Origin: an uncultured Acidimicrobiia bacterium
GTDB taxonomy: Bacteria; Actinomycetota; Acidimicrobiia; Acidimicrobiales; AC-14
Length of the DNA stretch: 27,221 nt
Direction: 5' to 3'
NCBI GenBank assembly: GCA_963836205.1
Contig: CAWIIV010000003.1
Span: 1 to 27,221, forward strand
This document shows positions 17,005 to 24,888 of this stretch, piece after piece; position 1 is the stretch's first letter; every line of letters starts with the position of its first letter. Made by a program: the position numbers and the translations under genes. A model generated the notes under the pieces. It searched no databases. It worked only from the letters and a program-made list of their open reading frames with translations, and was not told the origin of the DNA.

Positions 17005-18059
17005 GCGGCAACGGCGCCGGAGGCGCAACCCGCCCGCTGGAGAACGGCCTGCTCTACCTGAGCGAGGATGACGTCGATCAGGCCTGCCGGGAGGTCGACC
17101 CGGTGGCGTGTGTCGCCGACGCGCTGGCCCGGCTGGCGGCGGGTGAGGCCGAGGTCCCCGACGAGGCGGTGCTGCGCTGGGACCCCCGAGGCGGAGGCAT
17201 GGCCCGCACCCTGAACATGCCCGGGTTCATCGCCGGCCCGGTCCCGGTCCTGGGCACCAAGATCATCAACGCCAGCACCGAGAATCCCAGCCGGGGCCTG
17301 CCCCGGGCGGCCGGCCTGACCCTGCTGTTCAATCCCGTCACCGCCCGCCCCGAGGCGATCATCCAGGCCGCCGGCATCAGCGCCCTGCGGACGGCGGCGG
17401 TGTCGACCCTCGCCGCCCTCCACCTGCGCACCACCGGCCCCCAGACCCTGGGGGTCATCGGCGCCGGCCCCATCGCCCGGGCCCATGTCCTGCTGCTGGC
17501 GGAGCACATCGACCTCGAGCGGGTGCTGGTGTGCGACCACGCCACCGACCGGGCCCTCGGCCTCGTCCACCAGCTGCGGGAGGAGCCGAGGATCAGGCAG
17601 GTCGAGGAGCGGAGCGACCCGGAGAAGACCGTCCGCGACGCCACCATCGTGGTCACCGCCACCACGACCACCACCGCCTACGTCTGCCACGACTGGCTGC
17701 GGCCGGGCGCGGTGGTCGTCAACGTGTCCCTCGACGACGTGGAGGAGGAGGCCTACCTGCGGGCCGACCGGCTCTACGTCGACCATTGGGGCCTGGTCGT
17801 GGCCGACACCCAACGGCTGCTGGGCCGCCTGGCGCGGGCGGGCAAGGTCTGCGGACCGGGAGAGAGCGGCGAGGCCGGCGCCCGCCCGGTGGACGGGACC
17901 CTGGGCCAGTTGGTCACCGGAGCCTGCCCGGCTCGGGACGACGACGGCCAGATCATGCTCGTCAACCCCTTCGGCATGTCGATCGAGGACCTTTCCATCG
18001 CCAGCCGGGTCTACGAGATCGCCCTGCTCCGCAACTACGGTCTGTTCCTCGACCAGTGA
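17001..18059 (+). CDS. sbnB: SbnB-like ornithine cyclodeaminase/mu-crystallin family protein, 352 aa
   Basis: GTGA coupling; LLYLS, NMPG, NPSRGLPRA, ISALRTAAVS, GAGPIA, VNPFGMSIEDL. Confidence 0.8.
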   Translation: MSGNGAGGATRPLENGLLYLSEDDVDQACREVDPVACVADALARLAAGEAEVPDEAVLRWDPRGGGMARTLNMPGFIAGPVPVLGTKIINASTENPSRGLPRAAGLTLLFNPVTARPEAIIQAAGISALRTAAVSTLAALHLRTTGPQTLGVIGAGPIARAHVLLLAEHIDLERVLVCDHATDRALGLVHQLREEPRIRQVEERSDPEKTVRDATIVVTATTTTTAYVCHDWLRPGAVVVNVSLDDVEEEAYLRADRLYVDHWGLVVADTQRLLGRLARAGKVCGPGESGEAGARPVDGTLGQLVTGACPARDDDGQIMLVNPFGMSIEDLSIASRVYEIALLRNYGLFLDQ

Positions 18060-18983
18060 CCGCCCGCAGCATCATCTCCCTCGAGGACATCTCCACCGAC
18101 GACCTTCGCTGGCTGGCGCACCGGGGGTGTGCCTATGCCGAGGGCGCGGCCGTCGAGCGGGTGCTCTCCGGGCGGGTGGTGGCCGTCTACTTCCGGCAGA
18201 CCTCCACCCGCACCCGCACCGCCTTCTCCGCCGCCGCCCTCCGCCTGGGAGCCCAGAATCCTCACCTTCGGGCCCCACGACCTCCAGACCAACACCGGCG
18301 AGACCTACCTCGACACCGGCCGGGTGCTGGCCACCATGGTCGACGCCCTGGTGGCTCGCACCGCGGGCGACCCCGATGAGCTGCGCGACTTGGCCGCCCA
18401 GGGCCGGATGCCGGTCGTCAACGCCATGACATCCGACGAGCACCCGACCCAGGCCGTCGCCGACCTCGCCACCCTGCTCCAACACTTCGGACGTATCGAC
18501 CACCTGCGGGTCCTCTACCTGGGGGAGGGCAACAACTCCGCCTCCGCCCTGGCCCTGGCCCTGTCCCGGTTCCCCGGAAACGAGCTCTACCTGCGGACTC
18601 CTGCCGGCTACGGCCTGGCCGACGACAAGTTGAAGCTGGCGTGCGGCCACGCCGACGAGACCGGGAGCGTGGTCGACGAGCGTCACGACCTGGAGGGGCT
18701 CCCGGAGGCGGTCGACGCCGTCTACACCACCCGCTGGCAGACGACGGGCACCGCCAAGCCCGATCCCGACTGGCACGAACGCTTCCGGCCCTTCCAGGTG
18801 AACGACGACCTGATGGCTCGCTGGCCCGACGCCCGGTTCCTGCACGACCTGCCCGCCCACCGGGGCGAGGAGGTCACCGCCGAGGTGCTCGACGGCCCCG
18901 CCAGCCTGGCCCTGCCCCAGGCGGCCAACAAGTACCACACCGCCCTGGCCATCCTCGAGTGGTGCCTGGCCGGACCCCGATGA
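18056..18983 (+). CDS. OTC-fold carbamoyltransferase, frameshifted near 18257
   Basis: From GTG 18056 the frame gives TSTRTRTAF...LGAQ; removing one A at 18257-18258 continues into ILTFG...EHPTQ...GEGNN...TTRWQTTG...HDLPAHRGEEV...QAANK. Confidence 0.85.
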
Positions 18984-19897
18984 CCGCGGCCTGCCTCGAC
19001 CGGGTGTCGGCCTACCGCCACCTCACCGTCGCCGACCGGGACCCGCCCGACCGTCGGGGCATCTTCTTCGACCCGATCGACACCGAGGTCGGCGCCTGGG
19101 CGACCGTCGACCTGGTCGAGGAGGGGTCCACCGTCCTCGACCTCGGATCGGGCGGCGGCGCCGCGGCCGCGGCGGTGGCCAGGGCCGGGGCGGCCCACGT
19201 CCACGGCGTCGACATCTCCGAGGAGAGCGTCCGGTGGGCGTCGGAGCACCATGCCCTCGACGGGCCCGCCCGGCGGGTCACCTTCGGGCCGGCCGACTAC
19301 GCCTCGCTGACGACCTCCGCCCTGCTGGCGGCCACGCCCCTGTCCCGACCCCCGGACGTGGTGGCCAGCAACCCGCCCTACGTGCCGGTCCCACCGGTCG
19401 ACGGCTCGGGACGGGTCTCCATCGACGGCGGCCCCGACGGTCTCCGCCTGGTGCGGATCGTGGTCGGCCACGCCGAGGCGCTCGGGTCGGCGCTGTCGCT
19501 CACCATCGGCAGCTACTCCTCGCCCCGGCGGGCGGCTGCGTTGCTGGCCGGCTGCGGCTACCGGATCGCGGGCGTCACCCTGGCCGCGCTTCGCCTGGGC
19601 GACTACACCGTGCAGCACATGGACCGCGTCCTCTCCCTCGAATCGGCGGGGGAGGGACCCCTGCTGCGCACCGACGACGGCGCCGTCTCCTACCTGTGCG
19701 TGGGGCTCTCCTGCCGCCGGGACGCCGCGGACGACGCCGACGGCGGGCTCTCTCCGGACGGGTTGCTCCGCCTCCTCGACCATGCCTGCCGATCGCGGAC
19801 CACCCACCTGGAGGCCCTCGACCGGGCCACCGCCGCCTGCCCCGTCCCGGTGCGGGTGCTGGTCCTGCCCGAGGAGCACCGGCGTCACCATTGCTGA
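18980..19897 (+). CDS. Class I SAM methyltransferase, HemK/MTS-like, 305 aa
   Basis: ATGA coupling; VLDLGSGGG, GVDIS, SNPPYVP, DGGPDG. Confidence 0.85.
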   Translation: MTAACLDRVSAYRHLTVADRDPPDRRGIFFDPIDTEVGAWATVDLVEEGSTVLDLGSGGGAAAAAVARAGAAHVHGVDISEESVRWASEHHALDGPARRVTFGPADYASLTTSALLAATPLSRPPDVVASNPPYVPVPPVDGSGRVSIDGGPDGLRLVRIVVGHAEALGSALSLTIGSYSSPRRAAALLAGCGYRIAGVTLAALRLGDYTVQHMDRVLSLESAGEGPLLRTDDGAVSYLCVGLSCRRDAADDADGGLSPDGLLRLLDHACRSRTTHLEALDRATAACPVPVRVLVLPEEHRRHHC

Positions 19898-21021
19898 ACC
19901 TGACCGTGGGCGTCGAGGAGGAGTTCTTCGTGGTCGACGCCGCCACTCGCGAGCTGGCGGTCGACGCCACGCCGGTCCTCGCCGCCCTCGGCGGGCCCGG
20001 TACCGGATACCCGAGCTTCGCCGACGAGTTCCGGCTGAGCATGGTCGAGAGCCGGACCAGCCCGTGCGCCCGCCTGGACGGGCTGCGGTCCGAGCTGGCC
20101 ACCCTCCGCCGGCAACTCGCGGGGGCGGCGGCTGCGACCGGCCACCGGGTCGTCGCGGCCGGCACCGTCCCCCTGGGCGATTGGCGGAAGCAGGTGGTCA
20201 ACCCCAAGCCCCGGTTCCTCCAGGTGGCCCGCGACTACGCCCGCCTGGCCGACGAGCACGTGGTCTGCGGGTGCCACGTCCACGTCGGCATCGACGACCG
20301 TGACCTGGCCGTCGAGGTCATGAACCGGGTCCGGCCGTGGCTGCCCGTCCTCCTCGCCCTCTCGGCCAGCTCCCCGTTCTGGATCGGGGAGGACACCGGC
20401 TACGACAGCTACCGGAGCGTCGTCATGGGCCGATGGCCCCTCTCCGGAGTGCCTCCCCTCTACGACTCCTTCGAGGCCTACACCCGGTCGGTGCAGGCGG
20501 TGATCGACGCCGAGGTCGCGGTCGACGTCCGCCAGGCGTTCTGGGACGTGCGGCCGGGGGTCACCCACGAAACGCTCGAGTTCCGCGTCGCCGACTCCTG
20601 CCCGTCGGTCGACGACACCATCCTCCAGGCCGGCCTCGGCCGGGCCCTCGTGGGGACCTGCCTGGACGAGATCGACCGGGGCCGGCCGGCCACCGACCAC
20701 CCCTCCGAGCTGCTGCGGGCGGCCCGGTGGCGGGCGGGGCGATTCGGCCTGGGCGACCGCCTGCTCGACGCGCTCACGGGCGAGCTGCTGCCGGCGGCCA
20801 CCGTGGTGGACCGGTTGGTCGCGCACGTGGCCGATGCCCTGGAGCAGTCCGGCGACCGGGACGAGGTGACCACGCTCGCCGAGCAGGCCGTGCAAGGAGG
20901 GTCGTCGGCGGCACGCCAACGGGCCCGGCTGGCCCAGACCGACGACCTCGTGACGGTGGTCGACCTGCTGGCGGACGAGACGGCCCGGATCGAGGGATCT
21001 CAGAGATCGGAGCGACAGTGA
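19891..21021 (+). CDS. YbdK-family carboxylate-amine ligase (GCS2, glutamate-cysteine ligase-like)
   Basis: TVGVEEEF, CGCHVHVG, LALSASSPFW, WDVRP, TLEFRVAD; TTG start at 19891. Confidence 0.9.
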   Translation: MLNLTVGVEEEFFVVDAATRELAVDATPVLAALGGPGTGYPSFADEFRLSMVESRTSPCARLDGLRSELATLRRQLAGAAAATGHRVVAAGTVPLGDWRKQVVNPKPRFLQVARDYARLADEHVVCGCHVHVGIDDRDLAVEVMNRVRPWLPVLLALSASSPFWIGEDTGYDSYRSVVMGRWPLSGVPPLYDSFEAYTRSVQAVIDAEVAVDVRQAFWDVRPGVTHETLEFRVADSCPSVDDTILQAGLGRALVGTCLDEIDRGRPATDHPSELLRAARWRAGRFGLGDRLLDALTGELLPAATVVDRLVAHVADALEQSGDRDEVTTLAEQAVQGGSSAARQRARLAQTDDLVTVVDLLADETARIEGSQRSERQ

Positions 21022-21251
21022 CGAACGAGGTCGAGGCGACCATCACGGCCTATCCCGACGGCCCCTACCTGGTGCGCGGGTGCTACACGATCGTCGACGT
21101 CGACGGGACCGTGATCGAGACGGCGCGCCGCACGGTGGCCCTCTGCCGCTGCGGCCGCTCGGGTCAGAAGCCCCTGTGCGACGGGTCGCACGCGGCCTCG
21201 TCGTTCAGGGACTCGGCGCGGCGCCAACGGGCCGATCGGCCCCGTCCCTGA
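21018..21251 (+). CDS. CDGSH iron-sulfur domain protein, 77 aa
   Basis: DGPYLVRG...ALCRCGRSGQKPLCDGSH; GTGA coupling. Confidence 0.9.
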   Translation: MTNEVEATITAYPDGPYLVRGCYTIVDVDGTVIETARRTVALCRCGRSGQKPLCDGSHAASSFRDSARRQRADRPRP

Positions 21252-22281
21252 CCCGCAGCGACGACTCGCCCCGGGCCCAGCAGCCCAGCACGTACTCCGC
21301 GAACAAGCCGTCGACGGCCGCGCCCACCGCCGCGCCGAACACCATGTCGCCGACCAGGCGGGGGTCTTCGGCCGCCAGCGCCCCCGCCAGGTCGTGGAGG
21401 GTGATCATGTCGTGGATGGAGTCGGCCAGGACGTGCTCGTCGAAGAAGTCGGTGGCGTCCGGCCCGTAGCCCAGGCGGCGCAGGGTGTCGGCAGATCGTT
21501 TGGTGGAACTGGCCGAGGTCAGCTCGCCGATGACCAGGTGACCGACGGCGGCCCCCCGCAGGCGGCGGTGGAGGCCGAACATCGACATGAGGTTGACCGT
21601 GGCCAACGTGGGCCCGGGAAGGCAGTCGAGGTAGGCGCCGTAGCGACCGTCGAGCCCGACCGCCTCCATGGTGTTGCGGAAGAGCTGGGCGTGGATGCGC
21701 TCGGCCCGCCCGCAGCCGTACTCGTCGAACGCGACCTCGAGCATGGCGCCCTTGGCCTTGCCCTCGAGCCGGGGGATCACCCACGACTGGGGGTCGAACT
21801 CCTTGAGCTGGTAGGCGGACTTGTGGACCAGGAACTCCGCCATCTCCGCCCGGGTGCCGGCCTCCTTGAGGTGGCGGGAGATCGACGGCCCCGGCTGGTT
21901 GGCGATGCGGCTGAGGAGGACCGCGCTGTCGCCCCCCTCCGTCGGGACCAGGTGACCGAAGCGGGCCCGCAGCGCCGACTCGAAGGCCTGCTCCAACGCC
22001 CGGCGGAAGCCGAGCAGGGCCGGGCTCCACTCCCAGCCGTCGTCGACGTGGGCGAAGCCCCGGTAGTGGGTCTCGTAACAGACATACAACGCCAGCTGGA
22101 AGTCGTCGTCCGCCACCGGGTCGACGCCATCGATGACGGGAGCGTCGAACCGGTCGCTGTCCACCGGCGGCCGTCCGAGCACCTCGAACAGCCACCCGGT
22201 GAGGGGGCCACGGGGAGGCGGCAGGGGCGGGTCCCGACGGTCGACCGGAGCTGCCACGGTGGCCTCCTGGCCCACGCTCAT
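21205..22281 (-). CDS. Heme-oxygenase-like diiron oxidase (iron-containing redox enzyme family)
   Basis: LYVCYETHYRGF, DEYGCGRAERIH (E-x9-H), GELTS, EHVLADSIH (H-x3-D-x2-H). Confidence 0.88.
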   Translation of the reverse strand: MSVGQEATVAAPVDRRDPPLPPPRGPLTGWLFEVLGRPPVDSDRFDAPVIDGVDPVADDDFQLALYVCYETHYRGFAHVDDGWEWSPALLGFRRALEQAFESALRARFGHLVPTEGGDSAVLLSRIANQPGPSISRHLKEAGTRAEMAEFLVHKSAYQLKEFDPQSWVIPRLEGKAKGAMLEVAFDEYGCGRAERIHAQLFRNTMEAVGLDGRYGAYLDCLPGPTLATVNLMSMFGLHRRLRGAAVGHLVIGELTSASSTKRSADTLRRLGYGPDATDFFDEHVLADSIHDMITLHDLAGALAAEDPRLVGDMVFGAAVGAAVDGLFAEYVLGCWARGESSLRVRDGADRPVGAAPSP

Positions 22282-22313
22282 GACCGCAGACGCCGGGGGA
22301 CGGCCGCCCAGGC

Positions 22314-22331
22314 AGGCCCGGTGACGGCCCC
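22314..22331 (+). repeat. 18-bp inverted repeat, copy 2
   Basis: AGGCCCGGTGACGGCCCC; partner at 15378-15395 on the minus strand. Confidence 0.5.
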
Positions 22332-22337
22332 CGCCGT

Positions 22338-22346
22338 TGCTACCAT
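22338..22346 (+). promoter_or_regulatory. Extended -10 element
   Basis: TG-C-TACCAT about 100 nt upstream of TTG 22446; a hairpin follows at 22391-22414. Confidence 0.35.
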
Positions 22347-22445
22347 CGGAAGCGCCGGCGGACGAGCAGGCCGGCCGTCTGGTGCGCCGCGTGACGGAGC
22401 CCCGCTCCCGTCACCGATCGACAGGCTCGGGCAGGAAGGTGGTCG

Positions 22446-23168
22446 TTGAGACCGATTATCGGCGTTGGGGCCTACCCACGCGTCGTCGAGACGCCGTTCG
22501 GGCCGACGCTGCTGCAGACCGCCACCCGCTTCAACGTCCGGGCCATCGAGCGGGCCGGGGGGGCGGTGGTCATCCTGCCGGTGACCGAGGCGGCTCGCCT
22601 CCGCGACGTGCTGGGCATGGTTCACGGCGTGCTGCTACCCGGCGGCGGCGATGTCAACCCCTCGCTGTACGGGGCGGTGCCGATGGACTGCACCCGCGAC
22701 GTCAACCCCGAGCGCGACGCCTTCGAGATCACCCTGTTCGAGGACGCCCTGACCTCCGGGCTTCCGGTCCTCGGGATCTGCCGTGGCATGCAGCTCATGA
22801 ACGTCGCCCTGGGGGGCACGCTCCTCCAGGACGTCTCCGCCGCCACCGGCCAGTTCCACTGGAACCCGGGCCAGTGGCGGGAGGGGTCGCACCGGATCAA
22901 GATCGAGCCCCACAGCCGCCTGGCCGAGGCCCTGGGAGAGACGGAGGTGGCGGTGAACTCGATCCACCGCCAGGGCATCGACCGGCTGGCGACCGGCATT
23001 CGGGCGGTGGCCTGGGCCGACGACGGCTCCGTCGAGGCGGTCGAGTCCGAGGGAGATTCGGCGTTCCTCGCCGTGCAATGGCACCCCGAGATCCTCGAAG
23101 ACCTCCCCGAGCAGCGGGGCATCTTCGACGCCTTCGTGGAGCAGGCCCGCCGCTACGCCGACGGCTGA
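22446..23168 (+). CDS. Gamma-glutamyl-gamma-aminobutyrate hydrolase family (PuuD-like, peptidase C26)
   Basis: LLPGGGDV, PERDAFE, GICRGMQ, VNSIHRQ, VQWHPE; Cys-His-Glu triad intact. Confidence 0.9.
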   Translation: MRPIIGVGAYPRVVETPFGPTLLQTATRFNVRAIERAGGAVVILPVTEAARLRDVLGMVHGVLLPGGGDVNPSLYGAVPMDCTRDVNPERDAFEITLFEDALTSGLPVLGICRGMQLMNVALGGTLLQDVSAATGQFHWNPGQWREGSHRIKIEPHSRLAEALGETEVAVNSIHRQGIDRLATGIRAVAWADDGSVEAVESEGDSAFLAVQWHPEILEDLPEQRGIFDAFVEQARRYADG

Positions 23169-23241
23169 CGACTCCGGGCCTGGTGGGCGACGGCCGGGTG
23201 GCCCACGGGCTGCTCACCCTCGACCCTCGCCTGCCCGCCGG

Positions 23242-24103
23242 TTGAGGTTCCCCGGGCGCCTGGCGCTGGCCGTCGCCCTGGCCACGTCGGCCGCGTGCGG
23301 GTCGGGCTCGGGGTCGGGAGGCACGCCCGAGCCGCCACCGCCGGAGTCGGCCCCGCCGCCGGCCATCCGGGTCATGACGTGGAACCTCCAGCGGGGACAG
23401 GCGCAGGCGGGCCCGCTGGCGGCGGCCGACATGGCCCCCCTTTGCCGACGTGGTCGCCACCCAGCGGGCCGACGTCGTCGGCCTGCAGGAGGTCACCCTC
23501 GACCAGGCCGCGGCCGTGAGCAGCACCCTCGGGTGGGACAACCCGGCCTACGTCGAAACCAAGCGCCCCTGCCCCGGGTTCACGCCCCCGTTGCCGGCGT
23601 CGTGCGTCCCGTTCGGCAACGCCATCCTCAGCCGCCACCCCCTCGGCCGGATCGAGCACTGGGTGCTGCCCCCGTCCCGCCTGGAGACGTCGATCGAGGA
23701 CAGGGTGCTCCTCCGGGCGGTCGTCGACACCGGCGCCGGCGGCAGCATCACGGTCTTCGTGACCCATCTCGCCGCCAACGCCACCGACGGCGAGCGGGAA
23801 GCGCAGGCGGAGGCAGTGCTCGATCACATCGACGACCGTCGCCCGGTACTCCTCGGTGACTTCAACGCCCGGCCCACCGCCGGGGTCATCGCCATCGTGA
23901 AAGCCGACTTCGTCGACGCCTGGGCCGAGCTGCGGGGCGACGAGGACGGCTTCACCTCCAACGCCGTGCTCCGTCTCGTCCGGCGCATCGACTACGTGTT
24001 CGTCGGGCGGGGGAGCGGGCTGCGGGTGGTCGCCGCCGACATCGACCGGCGGGTCCTCTCCGACCACCTGCCGGTCGTGGCCGAGCTCGCAGGCTGGGCC
24101 TAG
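23242..24103 (+). CDS. Endonuclease/exonuclease/phosphatase (EEP) family lipoprotein, frameshifted in a C6 run at 23435-23440
   Basis: TSAAC lipobox-like site and VMTWNL in the first frame; GLQEV, GNAILSR, THL, GDFNA, RIDYVF, SDHLPV in the second; deleting one C joins them. Confidence 0.85.
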
Positions 24104-24118
24104 GCTGACGGCGGCGCC

Positions 24119-24769
24119 ATGATCCTCTACTGCCCACGTTGCGGAACCGAGTTCCCCCACAAGTTCCGGGGCGAGTGGTTCGACTCCGGCCCGATCTGCT
24201 CCGACTGCGGCGTGGCCGTGGCCGACCCCCCGCCCATGCTGGCGCCGTCCGACGCCGAGGTCACCTACGGTCTCGACGAGTGGCCGGTGACCGACCGGGC
24301 CGCCCTCGTCGCCGCCCTCGTCGACGACGACATCCTCTACCGGTGGGAGCCGGGAATCGTGCTGGCGGTGCCGGAGGCCGCCGAGGAGGTCGTCGACGGG
24401 ATCCTCGACGACCTGGAGGTGTCCGACGCCGACGCCGAGGCGGTGCGGGTGGGCGATCCCGATGTCGCGGGCGTCGTCGAGGACGGGCTCGATCCCGACG
24501 CCGACGGGGGGGAGGAAGCGCAGGCGGCCATGTCCGACCTCTTCGTCGTCGCCGACCGCCTCCACCACACCCCCTGGGACCCGGAGCTGGGCGTCGAGCT
24601 CGACGACCTCGTCACCGTGGTGGCTGCCACCCTGCCCCCGTACGGGGTCGACCGGTCGGTGTGGCGACGGATCCACGAGCTGGCCACCGCCGTCGGCGAG
24701 GCCAACGACGACGACACCGCGGCCGAGTCCACCGCCGCCCTCCGCGACTACCTCCGACCCCTCGTGTAG
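24119..24769 (+). CDS. Acidic hypothetical protein with an N-terminal zinc ribbon
   Basis: YCPRCG...CSDCG; GC3-rich ORF. Confidence 0.8.
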   Translation: MILYCPRCGTEFPHKFRGEWFDSGPICSDCGVAVADPPPMLAPSDAEVTYGLDEWPVTDRAALVAALVDDDILYRWEPGIVLAVPEAAEEVVDGILDDLEVSDADAEAVRVGDPDVAGVVEDGLDPDADGGEEAQAAMSDLFVVADRLHHTPWDPELGVELDDLVTVVAATLPPYGVDRSVWRRIHELATAVGEANDDDTAAESTAALRDYLRPLV

Positions 24770-24888
24770 CCGAAGCGCGTTGACACGAACCGCCGATTCC
24801 TTCTAGATCAAGAGGCGTCCCGGCCGGCAACAGAATCGGCCGGCCGGGCGTCAGGGTGGGTGGCAAGGCCGACGAGCGGAGGCTTTCG

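Noticed and set aside
15967-18059. Staphyloferrin B siderophore cluster
   Set aside because: No IucA/IucC synthetases, decarboxylase or siderophore transport genes in the window.
12757-18983. Pseudo-asparaginase as self-resistance protein for a Gln/Asn-analogue cluster product
   Set aside because: Different base composition and intervening unrelated genes indicate separate origins; no supporting evidence.
18641-21017. Long N-terminal extensions on the methyltransferase, ligase and CDGSH ORFs
   Set aside because: Stop-poor alternative frames of upstream genes; overlapping starts at 18980, 19891 and 21018 fit better.
24780-24809. TTGACA upstream of the fusion gene
   Set aside because: The best -10 (TAGATC at 18 nt) lacks the conserved final T; too weak to call.
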